From Bacteroidota bacterium (GTDB taxonomy: Bacteria; Bacteroidota; Bacteroidia; NS11-12g; UBA955), in contig JBEEMF010000069.1 of assembly GCA_041192805.1 (NCBI GenBank), positions 4,838 to 68,837 of the forward strand: 64,000 nucleotides of DNA, written 5' to 3'. The notes beneath the pieces are model-generated. The model was not told where the DNA came from, made no database searches, and saw only the letters and a program-made list of their open reading frames with translations. Shown here piece after piece: positions 1-9,796 of this stretch. A program made the translations under genes and the position numbers. Position 1 is the first letter of the stretch. Each line of letters opens with the position of its first letter.

Positions 1-1614
1 CCTACTTCTATGATGGGTAATTCCAAATCGATGCGCCTCATCACGCATTTGCTGTATCACTTTTAACGTCTCCGATTTCTTATCGATATACAACGGCAAT
101 GAATCTCCGGGAAAATAAATCTCCTCCAAACGCTTCGCAATGCCAATAATTGCCAATTTGGTATAAATCCCCATCGCTTTTAATGCTTCCACCGCCGCAC
201 TCAACTGACCCTTGCCACCATCCACCACAATCAACTGAGGCAATGGCTTCTGCTCATCAATCATCCTTGAATATCTGCGGGTAATCACCTCTTTCATCGT
301 AGCAAAATCGTCTGGACCTTCCACCGTTTGCACATTAAAATGTCGATATTCCGATTTAGCCGCCTTCCCATTCTTAAAAACCACGCAAGCACTCACCGGA
401 TAGGTCCCCTGGAAATTCGAATTATCGAAACACTCAATATGTCGAGGCATCTCACTCAACCGCAAATCCTTTTTCATCAACTCCATCAATCGATCCACGC
501 GGATTTCGGGATTCAGCTTCTCGTATTGCGACAATTTTTCCTGTTTGTAGAGCAGGGTGTTTTTCATACTCAACTCCAACAAACGACGTTTATCGCCCAT
601 TTTGGGAACGGTTATAGCAACACCATCCAGTTCTAAATCAAGTTCATGACTCAAAACGATTTCCTTGCAATTATCCCCGTATTGATTTCGCATTTCAGCC
701 ACAGCAGAAGCGAGTAAATCCGAATCCAACTCATCGAGTTTTTTTCTAATTTCCACATTCCGACTCACGATAATTAACCCATGGCTTACCCGCAGAAAAT
801 TGACGAACGCAACCTTTTCGGTGCTACTTATGCTATATACTTCTAAATCGCCAAGAACGGTGCTAACAATGGTACTTTTCGATTGATATCGCTCCAAGGA
901 ATCCAACTTCTCTTTAAACTCATGGGCCTTTTCAAATGCCAACTCAGCGGCCGCACTCATCATCAAATCCTTCAAATGTCGTTTCACCTCCCCCAAATTC
1001 CCTTTCAATAAATATTTTATCTGGGCGATACTTTCGTTGTACGATGATTCGGTTTGATGCGCTTCACATGGGCCCAAGCAATTCCCCAGCTGATATTCCA
1101 TGCAAATTTTGTGTTTGCCCGCGGCTACGCTCGCGGGCGTCATCCCAAAATTACAATTCCGGGTGGGATACAATTTCTTTACCAAATCCAATACCGTGTG
1201 CATTATCTTCACATTGGCATACGGCCCGTAATAATCAGACCCATCACGAATCGGATTCCGTGTGGGAAATACCCTCGGAAACCGCTCCGCCGTAATTCGA
1301 ATATATGGATACGTCTTATCGTCCTTTAATGAAATATTATACCTCGGCTGAAATTCCTTAATCAAACTGTTCTCCAACAGCAAAGCATCCATTTCGGTAT
1401 CTACTACCGTGTATTCAAAATACTGAATCTTACTGACCAAAATTGCCGTTTTTCGATTCTCGTGCTGCTGTTTGGTGAAATAACTCGTGACGCGCTTTTT
1501 GAGGTTTTTGGCCTTCCCCACATAGATAATTACGTCCTCCGCATCAAAATACTTGTAGACCCCCGGCGAGTCGGGCAACGACTTAATCAATTTACTCAAA
1601 TGCGCGGGGACCAT
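1..1614 (-). CDS. uvrC: Excinuclease ABC subunit C (UvrC), N-terminal part; the gene runs off the 5' edge of the window
   Basis: Reverse-complement translation from the ATG at 1612-1614 gives MVPAHLSKLIKSLPDSPGVYKYFDAEDVIIYVGKAKNLKKRVTSYFTKQQHENRKTAI, a canonical GIY-YIG UvrC N-terminus. The frame stays open towards position 1. It is absent from the ORF track because the ORF is incomplete at the window edge. Confidence 0.8.
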   Translation of the reverse strand, partial: MVPAHLSKLIKSLPDSPGVYKYFDAEDVIIYVGKAKNLKKRVTSYFTKQQHENRKTAILVSKIQYFEYTVVDTEMDALLLENSLIKEFQPRYNISLKDDKTYPYIRITAERFPRVFPTRNPIRDGSDYYGPYANVKIMHTVLDLVKKLYPTRNCNFGMTPASVAAGKHKICMEYQLGNCLGPCEAHQTESSYNESIAQIKYLLKGNLGEVKRHLKDLMMSAAAELAFEKAHEFKEKLDSLERYQSKSTIVSTVLGDLEVYSISSTEKVAFVNFLRVSHGLIIVSRNVEIRKKLDELDSDLLASAVAEMRNQYGDNCKEIVLSHELDLELDGVAITVPKMGDKRRLLELSMKNTLLYKQEKLSQYEKLNPEIRVDRLMELMKKDLRLSEMPRHIECFDNSNFQGTYPVSACVVFKNGKAAKSEYRHFNVQTVEGPDDFATMKEVITRRYSRMIDEQKPLPQLIVVDGGKGQLSAAVEALKAMGIYTKLAIIGIAKRLEEIYFPGDSLPLYIDKKSETLKVIQQMRDEAHRFGITHHRSR

Positions 1615-1640
1615 AACACAAAATTACGCGCAAACCCCTA

Positions 1641-2471
1641 TCAGTGGGCACCAATTTCTACATGACGTGCACTTACAGTTCCCCCATAGAACAATGAGGC
1701 CTGAAGATCAAAAGAACTTGCATCGTCAGTGGTCACAAACTCAAGCTTTCCGCCTCGGATTAACCCAGATTCTATCTCAGAATGACGTACCAAATAATCT
1801 TGTAATTTTTCTGCAACGATACCGCCCTGTGTTACTAACCGAATCGAAGAAGGGACAAATTTCTTAATCGTCTCCATCAACAGCGGATAATGGGTGCAAG
1901 CCAATAGCAATGTATCTATTTTGGGATTCCGCGCCAGAATTCGATCCACATGTTGCTTTACAAAATAGTCAGCGCCTTCGCCTAGCATTTGATTGTGCTC
2001 CACCAAATAAACCCACATTGGACAAGCTTCTTGTTCAACCATCACCGAAGGATAAAACTTAGCGATTTCCTTTGGATACGACTCCGATGCCACCGTCCCA
2101 GCTGTACCCAGAATACCCACAACTCCCGTTTCAGAATACTCCCCAATAGATTCCGTGGTGGGACGGATCACGCCCAAAACCCGCTTGTGATCATTCCGCT
2201 GAGGCAAATCAACCTGCTGAATCTGACGTAAAGCTTTCGCAGAAGCCGTATTACAAGCCAAAATTACCAAATCACAACCCTCATCAAATAGCCAATTCAC
2301 ACATTCCAAGGTGTAATGATACACCGTGTCAAACGAGCGATTTCCATAGGGAGCGCGGGCATTATCGCCAAAATACAGATAATCGTATTCCGGCAAAACA
2401 TCAACGATGCTCCTCATTACAGTGAGACCACCGTAGCCCGAATCAAATATGCCTATTTTGCCCTTTTTCAT
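1641..2471 (-). CDS. murI: Glutamate racemase
   Basis: 276 aa beginning MKKGKIGIFDSGYGGLTV...DYLYFGDNARAPYG, with the ...VILACNTAS... and ...ACTHYPLL motifs typical of MurI. It lies 27 bp upstream of uvrC on the same strand. Confidence 0.92.
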   Translation of the reverse strand: MKKGKIGIFDSGYGGLTVMRSIVDVLPEYDYLYFGDNARAPYGNRSFDTVYHYTLECVNWLFDEGCDLVILACNTASAKALRQIQQVDLPQRNDHKRVLGVIRPTTESIGEYSETGVVGILGTAGTVASESYPKEIAKFYPSVMVEQEACPMWVYLVEHNQMLGEGADYFVKQHVDRILARNPKIDTLLLACTHYPLLMETIKKFVPSSIRLVTQGGIVAEKLQDYLVRHSEIESGLIRGGKLEFVTTDDASSFDLQASLFYGGTVSARHVEIGAH

Positions 2472-2528
2472 AAAACAAAGGACTGCCGAATAATCAACAG
2501 TCCTTCAAATGTATTGCAATAAAATGAA

Positions 2529-3050
2529 TTACTTCTTCAACAAGGCTGCAATTACGGCACCTGTGATATCATCGGCGGGATTCGCACTCCACAGAACAAT
2601 ACTCTGGGAATTGTCGATCACGTGCGCATAGCCCTTTGCCTTCGCAACATCACCGGCCGTTTTCTTTACCAATTCCAAAATCGGGTTATACAAACGAACC
2701 TGCTCTTGCTGAATCTCAGACTTATAAGCCTCTTGGGTTTCTTGAGCCTCTTGCTGCAAACGCTGAAAACTCTTTTGAATCAATTCCAATTGTGCAGGAG
2801 ACGCTTTCAATGCTTGCTTAGTTTGGTACTCCTTCTCTTTGTTTTGCATTTCTGATTCCAAATCCTGCAAACGCTGCATATAGCCTTGCTCAATCGCAGC
2901 CAATTTGGCCATTACTGAATCTTTCATTGGCAAAGTATCTACTACCTTCATGGTATTGATAGTAGCAATTTTCTGAGCCTGCGCGATGGAACCCATTGCC
3001 ACAAATACTGTCATGGCAATTAATAGAATGGTTTTTTTCATGTATATCAA
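2529..3050 (-). CDS. OmpH/Skp-family periplasmic chaperone (first paralog)
   Basis: 173 aa with a signal peptide (MKKTILLIAMTVFVAMGSIAQA) and a coiled-coil Q/E/K-rich body, as in Skp/OmpH. It sits in the Bacteroidetes-typical position next to a second ompH-like gene and murI. Confidence 0.8.
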   Translation of the reverse strand: MIYMKKTILLIAMTVFVAMGSIAQAQKIATINTMKVVDTLPMKDSVMAKLAAIEQGYMQRLQDLESEMQNKEKEYQTKQALKASPAQLELIQKSFQRLQQEAQETQEAYKSEIQQEQVRLYNPILELVKKTAGDVAKAKGYAHVIDNSQSIVLWSANPADDITGAVIAALLKK

Positions 3051-3062
3051 ATTTAGTTTTTG

Positions 3063-3731
3063 TTAATCGTTATCGTCCTGATTTCCAGTGGGCGATGTCC
3101 CATTTGGAACATTCCCCTTGGGCATTGGCATATTGGGCTTCACACCACCCGGACGTGTTTGGGTATTTGGACTTGCAGGAGCAGCAGTGGCGCCAGGTAT
3201 ATCCTCTGTTGGGATTCCTAAAGCTTCCATCACTTCCAATGTTTTGTCATACTTCTGATCCGCATAAAGCATCAATGCCCCACCCGATTTGTCAAAAATA
3301 TACGCATATCCCTCTTTTTTGGCAACGTTCTGAATGGCATCGTATACTTTGTCTTGCAAAGGCTTCACTAACCTAGCACGCTCCTGATACAATTCACCTG
3401 TTGGGCCAAACTTTGTTTCTCTAAATTTAATCAATTCAGACTCCTTCTGTTCGATGGCTTCTTTTTTCTGACGGTGTTTCTCATTGGTCAACAAAATTTC
3501 TTCCGCCGTAAAATCCCGATACATCTGTTCCAACGACGACTGCATCAACTGAGCCTCTCCCTGATATTTGGCAGCCAAATCATCCAAATCCTTCTGCGCT
3601 GCTCTGTATTCTGGCAACTTTGCCAAAATCACATCTGAATCCACAAATCCAATCACCTGACTCTTTTGAGCGTTGGTTCCACCCAAAATCATCATCATGC
3701 ATATTAATAGGAATTGTTTTTTCATTTTCAT
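3063..3731 (-). CDS. OmpH/Skp-family periplasmic chaperone (second paralog), with a C-terminal Pro/Gly/Asn-rich tail
   Basis: The start was chosen at MKMKKQFLLICMMMILGGTNAQ (signal peptide); the track ORF extends to 3761. The body is coiled-coil; the last ~45 aa are low-complexity (PTEDIPGATAAPASPNTQTRPGGVKPNMPMPKGNVPNGTSPTGNQDDND). Confidence 0.75.
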   Translation of the reverse strand: MKMKKQFLLICMMMILGGTNAQKSQVIGFVDSDVILAKLPEYRAAQKDLDDLAAKYQGEAQLMQSSLEQMYRDFTAEEILLTNEKHRQKKEAIEQKESELIKFRETKFGPTGELYQERARLVKPLQDKVYDAIQNVAKKEGYAYIFDKSGGALMLYADQKYDKTLEVMEALGIPTEDIPGATAAPASPNTQTRPGGVKPNMPMPKGNVPNGTSPTGNQDDND

Positions 3732-3792
3732 TGATTTGTCAAACCGCATGCCAAAACTCATTAGTGCACGAAAATATAGATTTTTCCTCGAT

Positions 3793-4335
3793 TTATGGAT
3801 GCTCTAACAAAATTGAAGGTGTTACGATAATATTACTTTTATGTAACGCACGATCCGTGAACTGAATTCTAAATCTCACCGTGTCGCCTCGATACTGAAA
3901 AGGCCTAGCAGGAATGTTCAAAATCAGATTGCCATGAACCGCTTTGCTGCGTCCTGTGGGTGTGATATTTCTGATTCTCTCGTGTAAAACGAGCGTATCG
4001 CTAGGACTTAGCAAGGGATTCATCGGATTCATCCATTTGACCCCAATTTTATGCTGGTAATAGACCTTCAAATTGTAAAATTCCTTCTGTTTATAGCCAA
4101 ACGGAAACAGCGTATCGGCATCGTCTAGTCCCAAATCCCCATCGCTGTCTTGATAACCCAAATCAATTTCGATAAAACTATCATATCCATATCCACTGTT
4201 AAACTTATAAATGCCAGCAAATGTCAGTTTGGGAACGGCCGAGACATTATCTTTGTTGGGATTACAAGAAATTATTGTCCCTGCGAAAAACAGCATGACG
4301 GAAACCATTGAAAATATTGAAACCTTATTCCACAT
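3793..4335 (-). CDS. Hypothetical lipoprotein
   Basis: Start chosen at MWNKVSIFSMVSVMLFFAGTIISCNP, which has a lipobox-like ...IISC. No motif I recognise. Its 5' end overlaps the start region of the LuxE-like gene on the other strand. Confidence 0.5.
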   Translation of the reverse strand: MWNKVSIFSMVSVMLFFAGTIISCNPNKDNVSAVPKLTFAGIYKFNSGYGYDSFIEIDLGYQDSDGDLGLDDADTLFPFGYKQKEFYNLKVYYQHKIGVKWMNPMNPLLSPSDTLVLHERIRNITPTGRSKAVHGNLILNIPARPFQYRGDTVRFRIQFTDRALHKSNIIVTPSILLEHP

Positions 4336-5269
4336 CCCTACGTCCAAATTTAATGATTGGGCACAGTTAATTTTTCAATTTCAACAAAAAAACAATCCGC
4401 TTTTCGCTCAATGGCATCTAATTTACCCGCCAACATCAGGTGAGTTCACTTTTTTACCAATCGCTTTTTTCAAAAGTCATCTTGTAAGCAGTGCATCAAA
4501 AAACGCCGAAATTACATTTAGTAGCTCGGGGACTACAGGAAGTACGACATCGCTACACCATGTTGCTGAATTAAAAATATACGAAGAAAGCTTTACGAAA
4601 GGGTTTGAACTATTCTACGGTCCGATAGAAAATTATTGCGTTATTGGATTGCTGCCAAGTTACCTCGAAAGAACTGGGTCATCGCTGGTATACATGGTGG
4701 ACCATTTCATCAAGAAAGGGAAACCCAACAGCGGATTCTATTTAAAGGAATACGAAACGGTTGCCGACATCATCCAAGACAATGAAAATCGCAATCAACC
4801 CACGCTGTTACTCGGGGTCACCTTTGCGATGCTAGAGATGATACAATCCATTCCCCAGCAACAATGGAAGCAGACAATTGTCATGGAGACCGGTGGCATG
4901 AAAGGCCGAGGGCCGGAAATCACGAGAGAGGAACTACAAACCCAACTCACAACGCATTTGGGCGTTCAGCATGTCCATTCAGAATACGGGATGACGGAAC
5001 TGTTGAGTCAGGCCTACTCCCAAAAGAATGGGAGGTTTCATTGCCCGCCCTGGATGAAAATTTGCATTCAAGATCCCGGCGACCCCCAACAATGGTTTGG
5101 CCATGCAAAAACCGGTAGAATCTGTATTATTGACTTGGCGAACGTTTATAGCTGCTCATTTATCGCAACCGACGATTTGGGGAAAACACATGAAGATGGA
5201 AGTTTCGAAGTACTGGGCAGAATAGATTTTAGCGACCTCAGAGGTTGCAATCAGTTGGTGATAGACTAA
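4295..5269 (+). CDS. LuxE-family acyl-protein synthetase / acyl transferase-like protein
   Basis: Start chosen at MTETIENIETLFHI... (the track ORF begins at 4211). The length and sequence (..SSSGTTGSTTSLHHVAELKIYEESF..., ...METGGMKGRGPEITREEL...) resemble the LuxE acyl-protein synthetase family. The assignment is from memory of the family, not from a search. Confidence 0.6.
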   Translation: MTETIENIETLFHIPTSKFNDWAQLIFQFQQKNNPLFAQWHLIYPPTSGEFTFLPIAFFKSHLVSSASKNAEITFSSSGTTGSTTSLHHVAELKIYEESFTKGFELFYGPIENYCVIGLLPSYLERTGSSLVYMVDHFIKKGKPNSGFYLKEYETVADIIQDNENRNQPTLLLGVTFAMLEMIQSIPQQQWKQTIVMETGGMKGRGPEITREELQTQLTTHLGVQHVHSEYGMTELLSQAYSQKNGRFHCPPWMKICIQDPGDPQQWFGHAKTGRICIIDLANVYSCSFIATDDLGKTHEDGSFEVLGRIDFSDLRGCNQLVID

Positions 5270-5280
5270 TTAACCGCTGA

Positions 5281-7635
5281 TCAATCCTCGTCCTCGTCGG
5301 GAATCTCAAGCACCTGCTCCGTTAGCTCTTCCTTGGCGTTCAAAGAATTCTCAAGACTCAAAATCATCGCTGGCAACAAGAACAAATTCGCCGCCATACC
5401 CGTAAGCAAGGTTAAACCGGTTAACCAACCCAACGCTTGTGTTCCTTGGAAATTAGAGAAGGTGAAAATAAAGAATCCAGCACAAATGGCTACCATGCTA
5501 TAAATCATACTCAATCCTACCTCCACAATGGTTCCATTGAGCGCTTCTCTTACCGATTTGTTATGCTTGACCAGCTCTCGCCTAAAGGTGATGATGAAGT
5601 GAATGGTCGCATCTACTGTTATCCCAAAGGCGATACTAAACACTAGGATGGTTGATGGCTTTAGCGGCACACCAAAATAGCCCATCGTACCGGCCGTAAC
5701 GAGCAATGGAATGATGTTGGGAATCACCGCTATCACAATCATTCTGATGGATGGGAATAAGAAGCCCATGGTGATTGTAATGATAATCAACGACCAAAAC
5801 GTGGCACTGCCTAAACTGCCAAATAGGTAAGAATTGCCTTTCATGAACACCGCAGAAGTTCCAGTCACTTTTACAGCGTATTCATCCTTGGGAAAAATCC
5901 TATCAATGATCACTGCAACTTCCTTATTAATACTATCCAAGGAGGTAGAACCAACATCTTTGATTTGATAACTGATACGCAAACCGGTTCTGCTGCTATC
6001 TATCAACCCCGACATCATCTGATTTTTTTCATTAGACTTCGTAATTGGCATTCGAGCCATGATATCGGCCAAATCCAATGCATTAGGCATACGATAGAAA
6101 GCAGGATCGCCCTCATTCACCGTTTGATTGGCGTAGCATACCACTTCCACAACCGACATCGGTTTTGAGAATTCCGGGTATTTTTTCAGGGCACGCTGCA
6201 AACGATTTACTTTATCTAGGGTTTCAAAAGTGCCGATGTCGCCATCATCGTGTGTACGAACAACGATTTCATAAGGCATCACACCTTTGTAATGCTCCTG
6301 GAAGTACAATAAATCCTGGTACAACTTTGAACTCCGTGGCACATCATCCACCATATAGGCCAAAGGATGTAAACGGAAAACAAATGTGGTGCTCAGCACT
6401 GTTAATGCGATAAACCAGAAATATATTCTTCGCTTATGATTAAATACCATAAACTTAACCCATCCCAAAAACTGATTGATATTTTTATTGTCGAGGTGAG
6501 CAATTTGCTTGTCCGATGGAACCGGTAAGAAGCTATAAAGGGCAGGAATACCAATAATATTTATAAAGAATACCAAATTGATGGTAATGAACGAAACCAC
6601 ACCATAATGCTCTAGCATCTGTGTCTTGGTGAAATAGAATGTACCAAATCCAACCGCTGTTGTAAAATTGATCAGGAATGTAGCTACTCCAACGCGTGAT
6701 ATAATCCTGGTCAATGCTTTGGCTTTGTTTCCATGTTTACGGTATTCTTCGTGGTATTTATTGATGAGATAAATGGCATTTTGAACCCCAATCACGACCA
6801 GCAATGGCGGAAGCGTTCCCGTAAGCAAGTTCAGTTTATAACCCAATATTCCGCACACTCCAAACATCACCAAAACCCCTATTCCAATAAACACAATGGC
6901 AATGGCCAAGGTGCTAAGACTTCGAAAAAACACCAAAATCAAAATGGCCGTCACCAAAAATGCAATCACCGTAAAGAGTACCATTTCACTTTTTACCGTG
7001 GTCGCCATCTCAGTCCTAACATACGGCAATCCACCGATATGCATTTCGGCACCAGAAAAGTCTTCATATTCCTTGGCTGTTTTTTCGATGCTATGAATCA
7101 ATCCAATCCTCTTTTCTGATTCCTGGGCCTTATTATCGAGCACCAATAACACCAAAGCAGAATTGGTATTCTTGTTATACAACATCCCCTGATAGAATCG
7201 CATATCCAAGAATTTATCTCGGATGCTATCTACTTCGGCTTGTGTAGTAGGCGCATGAGTAAATGCAGGTTTGATTTCAAATTTACCTGCCGTATCCGTA
7301 TGCAAATCAAATAAGCGCGTTGGGCTGATGACTTGGTTAACGCCGGGGATATTCGACATGTCTTCACACATCTTATAATAGGCCCTGAAGTTCTTAAGTT
7401 CAAAGAGTTTATCACTATTAAATCCTACAACAACTTTGTTATTGTCTAGGCCAAACGTTTTTTGAAATTTCTGATACGCCAAGAAATCAGCATCGTTACT
7501 TGGCACCAATTTTTGCATGGCATACTCCAACTTAACTTTTGTTGCATAGTAACCCATCACTCCGGTGAAGGCTATGATCAATATCAAGAAAAGTGCGCGC
7601 TGCTTAAGAATAAAGCTTGCTATTTTATCCCACAT
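5281..7635 (-). CDS. MMPL/RND-superfamily exporter (predicted lipid/small-molecule exporter)
   Basis: 784 aa with two blocks of ~6 TM helices separated by large soluble loops, the architecture of the MMPL / 'predicted exporter of the RND superfamily'. It is convergent with the LuxE-like gene, with a 12-bp gap. Confidence 0.75.
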   Translation of the reverse strand: MWDKIASFILKQRALFLILIIAFTGVMGYYATKVKLEYAMQKLVPSNDADFLAYQKFQKTFGLDNNKVVVGFNSDKLFELKNFRAYYKMCEDMSNIPGVNQVISPTRLFDLHTDTAGKFEIKPAFTHAPTTQAEVDSIRDKFLDMRFYQGMLYNKNTNSALVLLVLDNKAQESEKRIGLIHSIEKTAKEYEDFSGAEMHIGGLPYVRTEMATTVKSEMVLFTVIAFLVTAILILVFFRSLSTLAIAIVFIGIGVLVMFGVCGILGYKLNLLTGTLPPLLVVIGVQNAIYLINKYHEEYRKHGNKAKALTRIISRVGVATFLINFTTAVGFGTFYFTKTQMLEHYGVVSFITINLVFFINIIGIPALYSFLPVPSDKQIAHLDNKNINQFLGWVKFMVFNHKRRIYFWFIALTVLSTTFVFRLHPLAYMVDDVPRSSKLYQDLLYFQEHYKGVMPYEIVVRTHDDGDIGTFETLDKVNRLQRALKKYPEFSKPMSVVEVVCYANQTVNEGDPAFYRMPNALDLADIMARMPITKSNEKNQMMSGLIDSSRTGLRISYQIKDVGSTSLDSINKEVAVIIDRIFPKDEYAVKVTGTSAVFMKGNSYLFGSLGSATFWSLIIITITMGFLFPSIRMIVIAVIPNIIPLLVTAGTMGYFGVPLKPSTILVFSIAFGITVDATIHFIITFRRELVKHNKSVREALNGTIVEVGLSMIYSMVAICAGFFIFTFSNFQGTQALGWLTGLTLLTGMAANLFLLPAMILSLENSLNAKEELTEQVLEIPDEDED

Positions 7636-7654
7636 AGAAGCTGCAAAGGTACTG

Positions 7655-7690
7655 ATAAAAAAATAAAGGTCGCCCGAGGGCGACCTTTCA
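7655..7690 (-). terminator. Rho-independent terminator after rplI
   Basis: Perfect hairpin aaaggtcgccc-gag-ggcgaccttt at 7665-7689, followed on the minus strand by a T-run (complement of aaaaaaata at 7656-7664). Confidence 0.7.
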
Positions 7691-7714
7691 CAAATAAATA
7701 TTAGAAGTAAAAGA

Positions 7715-8155
7715 TTACTCAGCGATCACATCCAAAGTGATGGCCGCATTGATATCTTTAAACAAGTTGATGTTGGCTTCGTAAGTTCCGATTGACTTAA
7801 TGTCATCAAAAACAATTTTACGGCGGTCTACATCAAACCCTTTTTCTTTCAATATATTGGCAACTTGCAAGCTGGTAACTGAACCAAAGATTTTCCCACT
7901 AGCGCCCGCTTTTGCAGCAAGGTTGATGGTGGATCCATTCAATTTTTCAGCCAACGCTTCTGCATCTTTACGCAATTTGTCCATTTTGAACGCGCGCTGA
8001 CGCATATCTTCGGCTAACATTTTCAAGGCGCCTTCGTTTGCCAATTTTGCTTTTCCTGTAGGAATCAAGAAGTTCCTCGCGTAACCGTCTTTTACAACTA
8101 CCACGTCATCTTTATGACCTAGGTTTTTTACGTCTTGGGTGAGAATGATTTTCAT
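7715..8155 (-). CDS. rplI: 50S ribosomal protein L9
   Basis: 146 aa beginning MKIILTQDVKNLGHKDDVVVVKDGYARNFLIPTGKA..., a canonical L9. Confidence 0.95.
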   Translation of the reverse strand: MKIILTQDVKNLGHKDDVVVVKDGYARNFLIPTGKAKLANEGALKMLAEDMRQRAFKMDKLRKDAEALAEKLNGSTINLAAKAGASGKIFGSVTSLQVANILKEKGFDVDRRKIVFDDIKSIGTYEANINLFKDINAAITLDVIAE

Positions 8156-8170
8156 GTGTCTTCCTCCTTC

Positions 8171-8434
8171 TTATTTTAAACCATCAGCAACGAAAGGAAG
8201 CAACGACAGGTGACGTGCTCTTTTAATTGCTACAGAAATTTTACGTTGATACTTCAAAGAGGTACCAGTGATACGACGTGGCAAAATCTTGCCTTGCTCG
8301 TTGATGAACTTCAATAAAAACTCACCGTCCTTGTAGTCGATGTATTTAATACCGTGTTTTTTGAAACGGCAATACTTCTTCTTTTGCAGAACCTGCGGAG
8401 TTTGGTTGAAGATAAAGTTAGAATCTTTGCTCAT
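8171..8434 (-). CDS. rpsR: 30S ribosomal protein S18
   Basis: 87 aa ...[19 protein letters not shown]...[31 protein letters not shown], a canonical S18. Confidence 0.95.
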   Translation of the reverse strand: MSKDSNFIFNQTPQVLQKKKYCRFKKHGIKYIDYKDGEFLLKFINEQGKILPRRITGTSLKYQRKISVAIKRARHLSLLPFVADGLK

Positions 8435-8835
8435 AGTTCGTCCTCCTCAATTGCGATTTTCTTTTTAACAACAACTTTCGTTCCTTGTGGAGTTACCGTA
8501 CGAAGCTCGCCATTGCGTTTGCGTTGATTGAAATCAACACCCCAACGGTCTAACTTCACAGTGAGGTAACGCAAGATGCGCTCGTCGCGGCGAAAAACTA
8601 ATTCAAAAGACTTGATGAATTCAGGGTTTGCCTTGAATTCGAACAAGTGATAAAATCCCGTGCCTTTTTTCTGGATAGGGTAGGCTAGTTTGGTTAGTCC
8701 CCAATTTTCTTCGTGGACTAACTCCCCTCCATTGCCGGTGATCAACTCTCTGTAGCCTGTAACAGCATCTTTCATCTGTTGTTCAGAGAGCACGGGTGTC
8801 AAAATGATCACGGTCTCGTACTGGTTGGTATTCAT
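8431..8835 (-). CDS. rpsF: 30S ribosomal protein S6
   Basis: 134 aa beginning [20 protein letters not shown]..., a canonical S6. It overlaps rpsR by 4 nt, consistent with an rpsF-rpsR-rplI operon. Confidence 0.93.
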   Translation of the reverse strand: MNTNQYETVIILTPVLSEQQMKDAVTGYRELITGNGGELVHEENWGLTKLAYPIQKKGTGFYHLFEFKANPEFIKSFELVFRRDERILRYLTVKLDRWGVDFNQRKRNGELRTVTPQGTKVVVKKKIAIEEDEL

Positions 8836-8854
8836 TTGGCTGTAAATTTAGGGC

Positions 8855-8890
8855 TGCAAAAATACGGCTTTATATTCAATCCTACAAGTG
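8855..8890 (-). promoter_or_regulatory. Putative Bacteroidetes sigma-A promoter for rpsF-rpsR-rplI (-33 TTG / -7 TAnnTTTG)
   Basis: The minus strand reads cTTGtaggattgaatataaagccgTATTTTTGcagcc. TTG and TATTTTTG are 20 nt apart, and the -7 element ends ~20 nt upstream of the rpsF ATG. Confidence 0.5.
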
Positions 8891-8917
8891 TTTACACACT
8901 TTTATTGGTTTCCCATT

Positions 8918-9214
8918 TCACGGAACAGGATCATACCCGCTCCCACCCCAAGGCCCGCATCTACCAATTCGCCGAATTGTTAACCAAATGGCCTTGAAAA
9001 AGTTATGTTTTCTAAATGCCTCAACCCCGTACTGACTGCAGGTTGGGGTGAAACGACAAGCAGTGGGGAGCAGTGGGGAAATGGCGCCTTGATAAAATTT
9101 TATCACTAAAATCGGCAACAAAGACAGAAACCAACGGAGTCCGCGATTGCTATTTGCAGCCGGATCAAGATGCTTTTCGACGAGTTCTTCGTTATGCAGT
9201 TTTTTCGAGCACAT
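8918..9214 (-). CDS. yidD: Membrane protein insertion efficiency factor YidD
   Basis: ...[64 protein letters not shown] carries the YidD signature (FYQ..ISP...CRF.PTCS.Y......G...G......RI.RC.P...GG.DPVP). The true start may be internal or non-ATG. The gene overlaps the rnpA 3' end, as in rnpA-yidD operons. Confidence 0.8.
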   Translation of the reverse strand: MCSKKLHNEELVEKHLDPAANSNRGLRWFLSLLPILVIKFYQGAISPLLPTACRFTPTCSQYGVEAFRKHNFFKAIWLTIRRIGRCGPWGGSGYDPVP

Positions 9215-9626
9215 CCAAAATCTTCTGCTGTAATACTTTGTACGATTTTTCCAACGCCTTATAATCTGGCAACTCGCTGCCTGTATACATCAACGCGATT
9301 GCCATGGTTTTCCCTTGGACCGTCAGCGCCTCGTATAACTCAGTCTTATTATGTCGATACAACTCTCGCAACCGCCGCTTGATAAAATTCCGATCCACCG
9401 CCCGCTTAAACTTTCGCTTGCTCGCCGTAAATACAACCTGAGCAGGAACTCCTTCCACAGGCAAAGGCGTAAAATACAAATTGGCACGAAGAGGATATTT
9501 AGAAACAAAAACGCCCGACCCAAAAAGCCCGGCGAGAATATTCACGTTGTTCAGTTTTTCGGATTTACCGAAAGCCTTTCCCAAACGATATGGCAACACT
9601 GTGTGAGTCATTGCCTGTTTACGCAA
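9192..9626 (-). CDS. rnpA: Ribonuclease P protein component
   Basis: 144 aa, basic, containing ...[29 protein letters not shown]... (the RnpA RNR-like motif). It lies between rpmH and yidD. Confidence 0.85.
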   Translation of the reverse strand: MRKQAMTHTVLPYRLGKAFGKSEKLNNVNILAGLFGSGVFVSKYPLRANLYFTPLPVEGVPAQVVFTASKRKFKRAVDRNFIKRRLRELYRHNKTELYEALTVQGKTMAIALMYTGSELPDYKALEKSYKVLQQKILDVLEKTA

Positions 9627-9634
9627 CGAGGGTA

Positions 9635-9796
9635 TTAACCTTTGTGACTGCGCTCGTGAGATACAGTAAGACTGGCACGACCGCGTTTGCGACGAGCTGC
9701 CAAAACCCTACGGCCATTGCTTGTAGCCATGCGCTCACGGAAGCCGTGACGGTTTTTACGTTTTCTAGTAGAGGGTTGGTAGGTGCGTTTAGTCAT
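9635..9796 (-). CDS. rpmH: 50S ribosomal protein L34 (53 aa; absent from the ORF track because it is under 60 aa)
   Basis: Reverse-complement translation: [53 protein letters not shown], a textbook L34. The stop lies ~8 nt before the rnpA start. Confidence 0.9.
   Translation of the reverse strand: MTKRTYQPSTRKRKNRHGFRERMATSNGRRVLAARRKRGRASLTVSHERSHKG

Noticed and set aside
328-1665. Plus-strand ORFs 328..636, 936..1295, 1054..1329, 1462..1665
   Set aside because: They are antisense to uvrC, whose GIY-YIG N-terminus reads clearly on the minus strand. They show no motifs or plausible starts.
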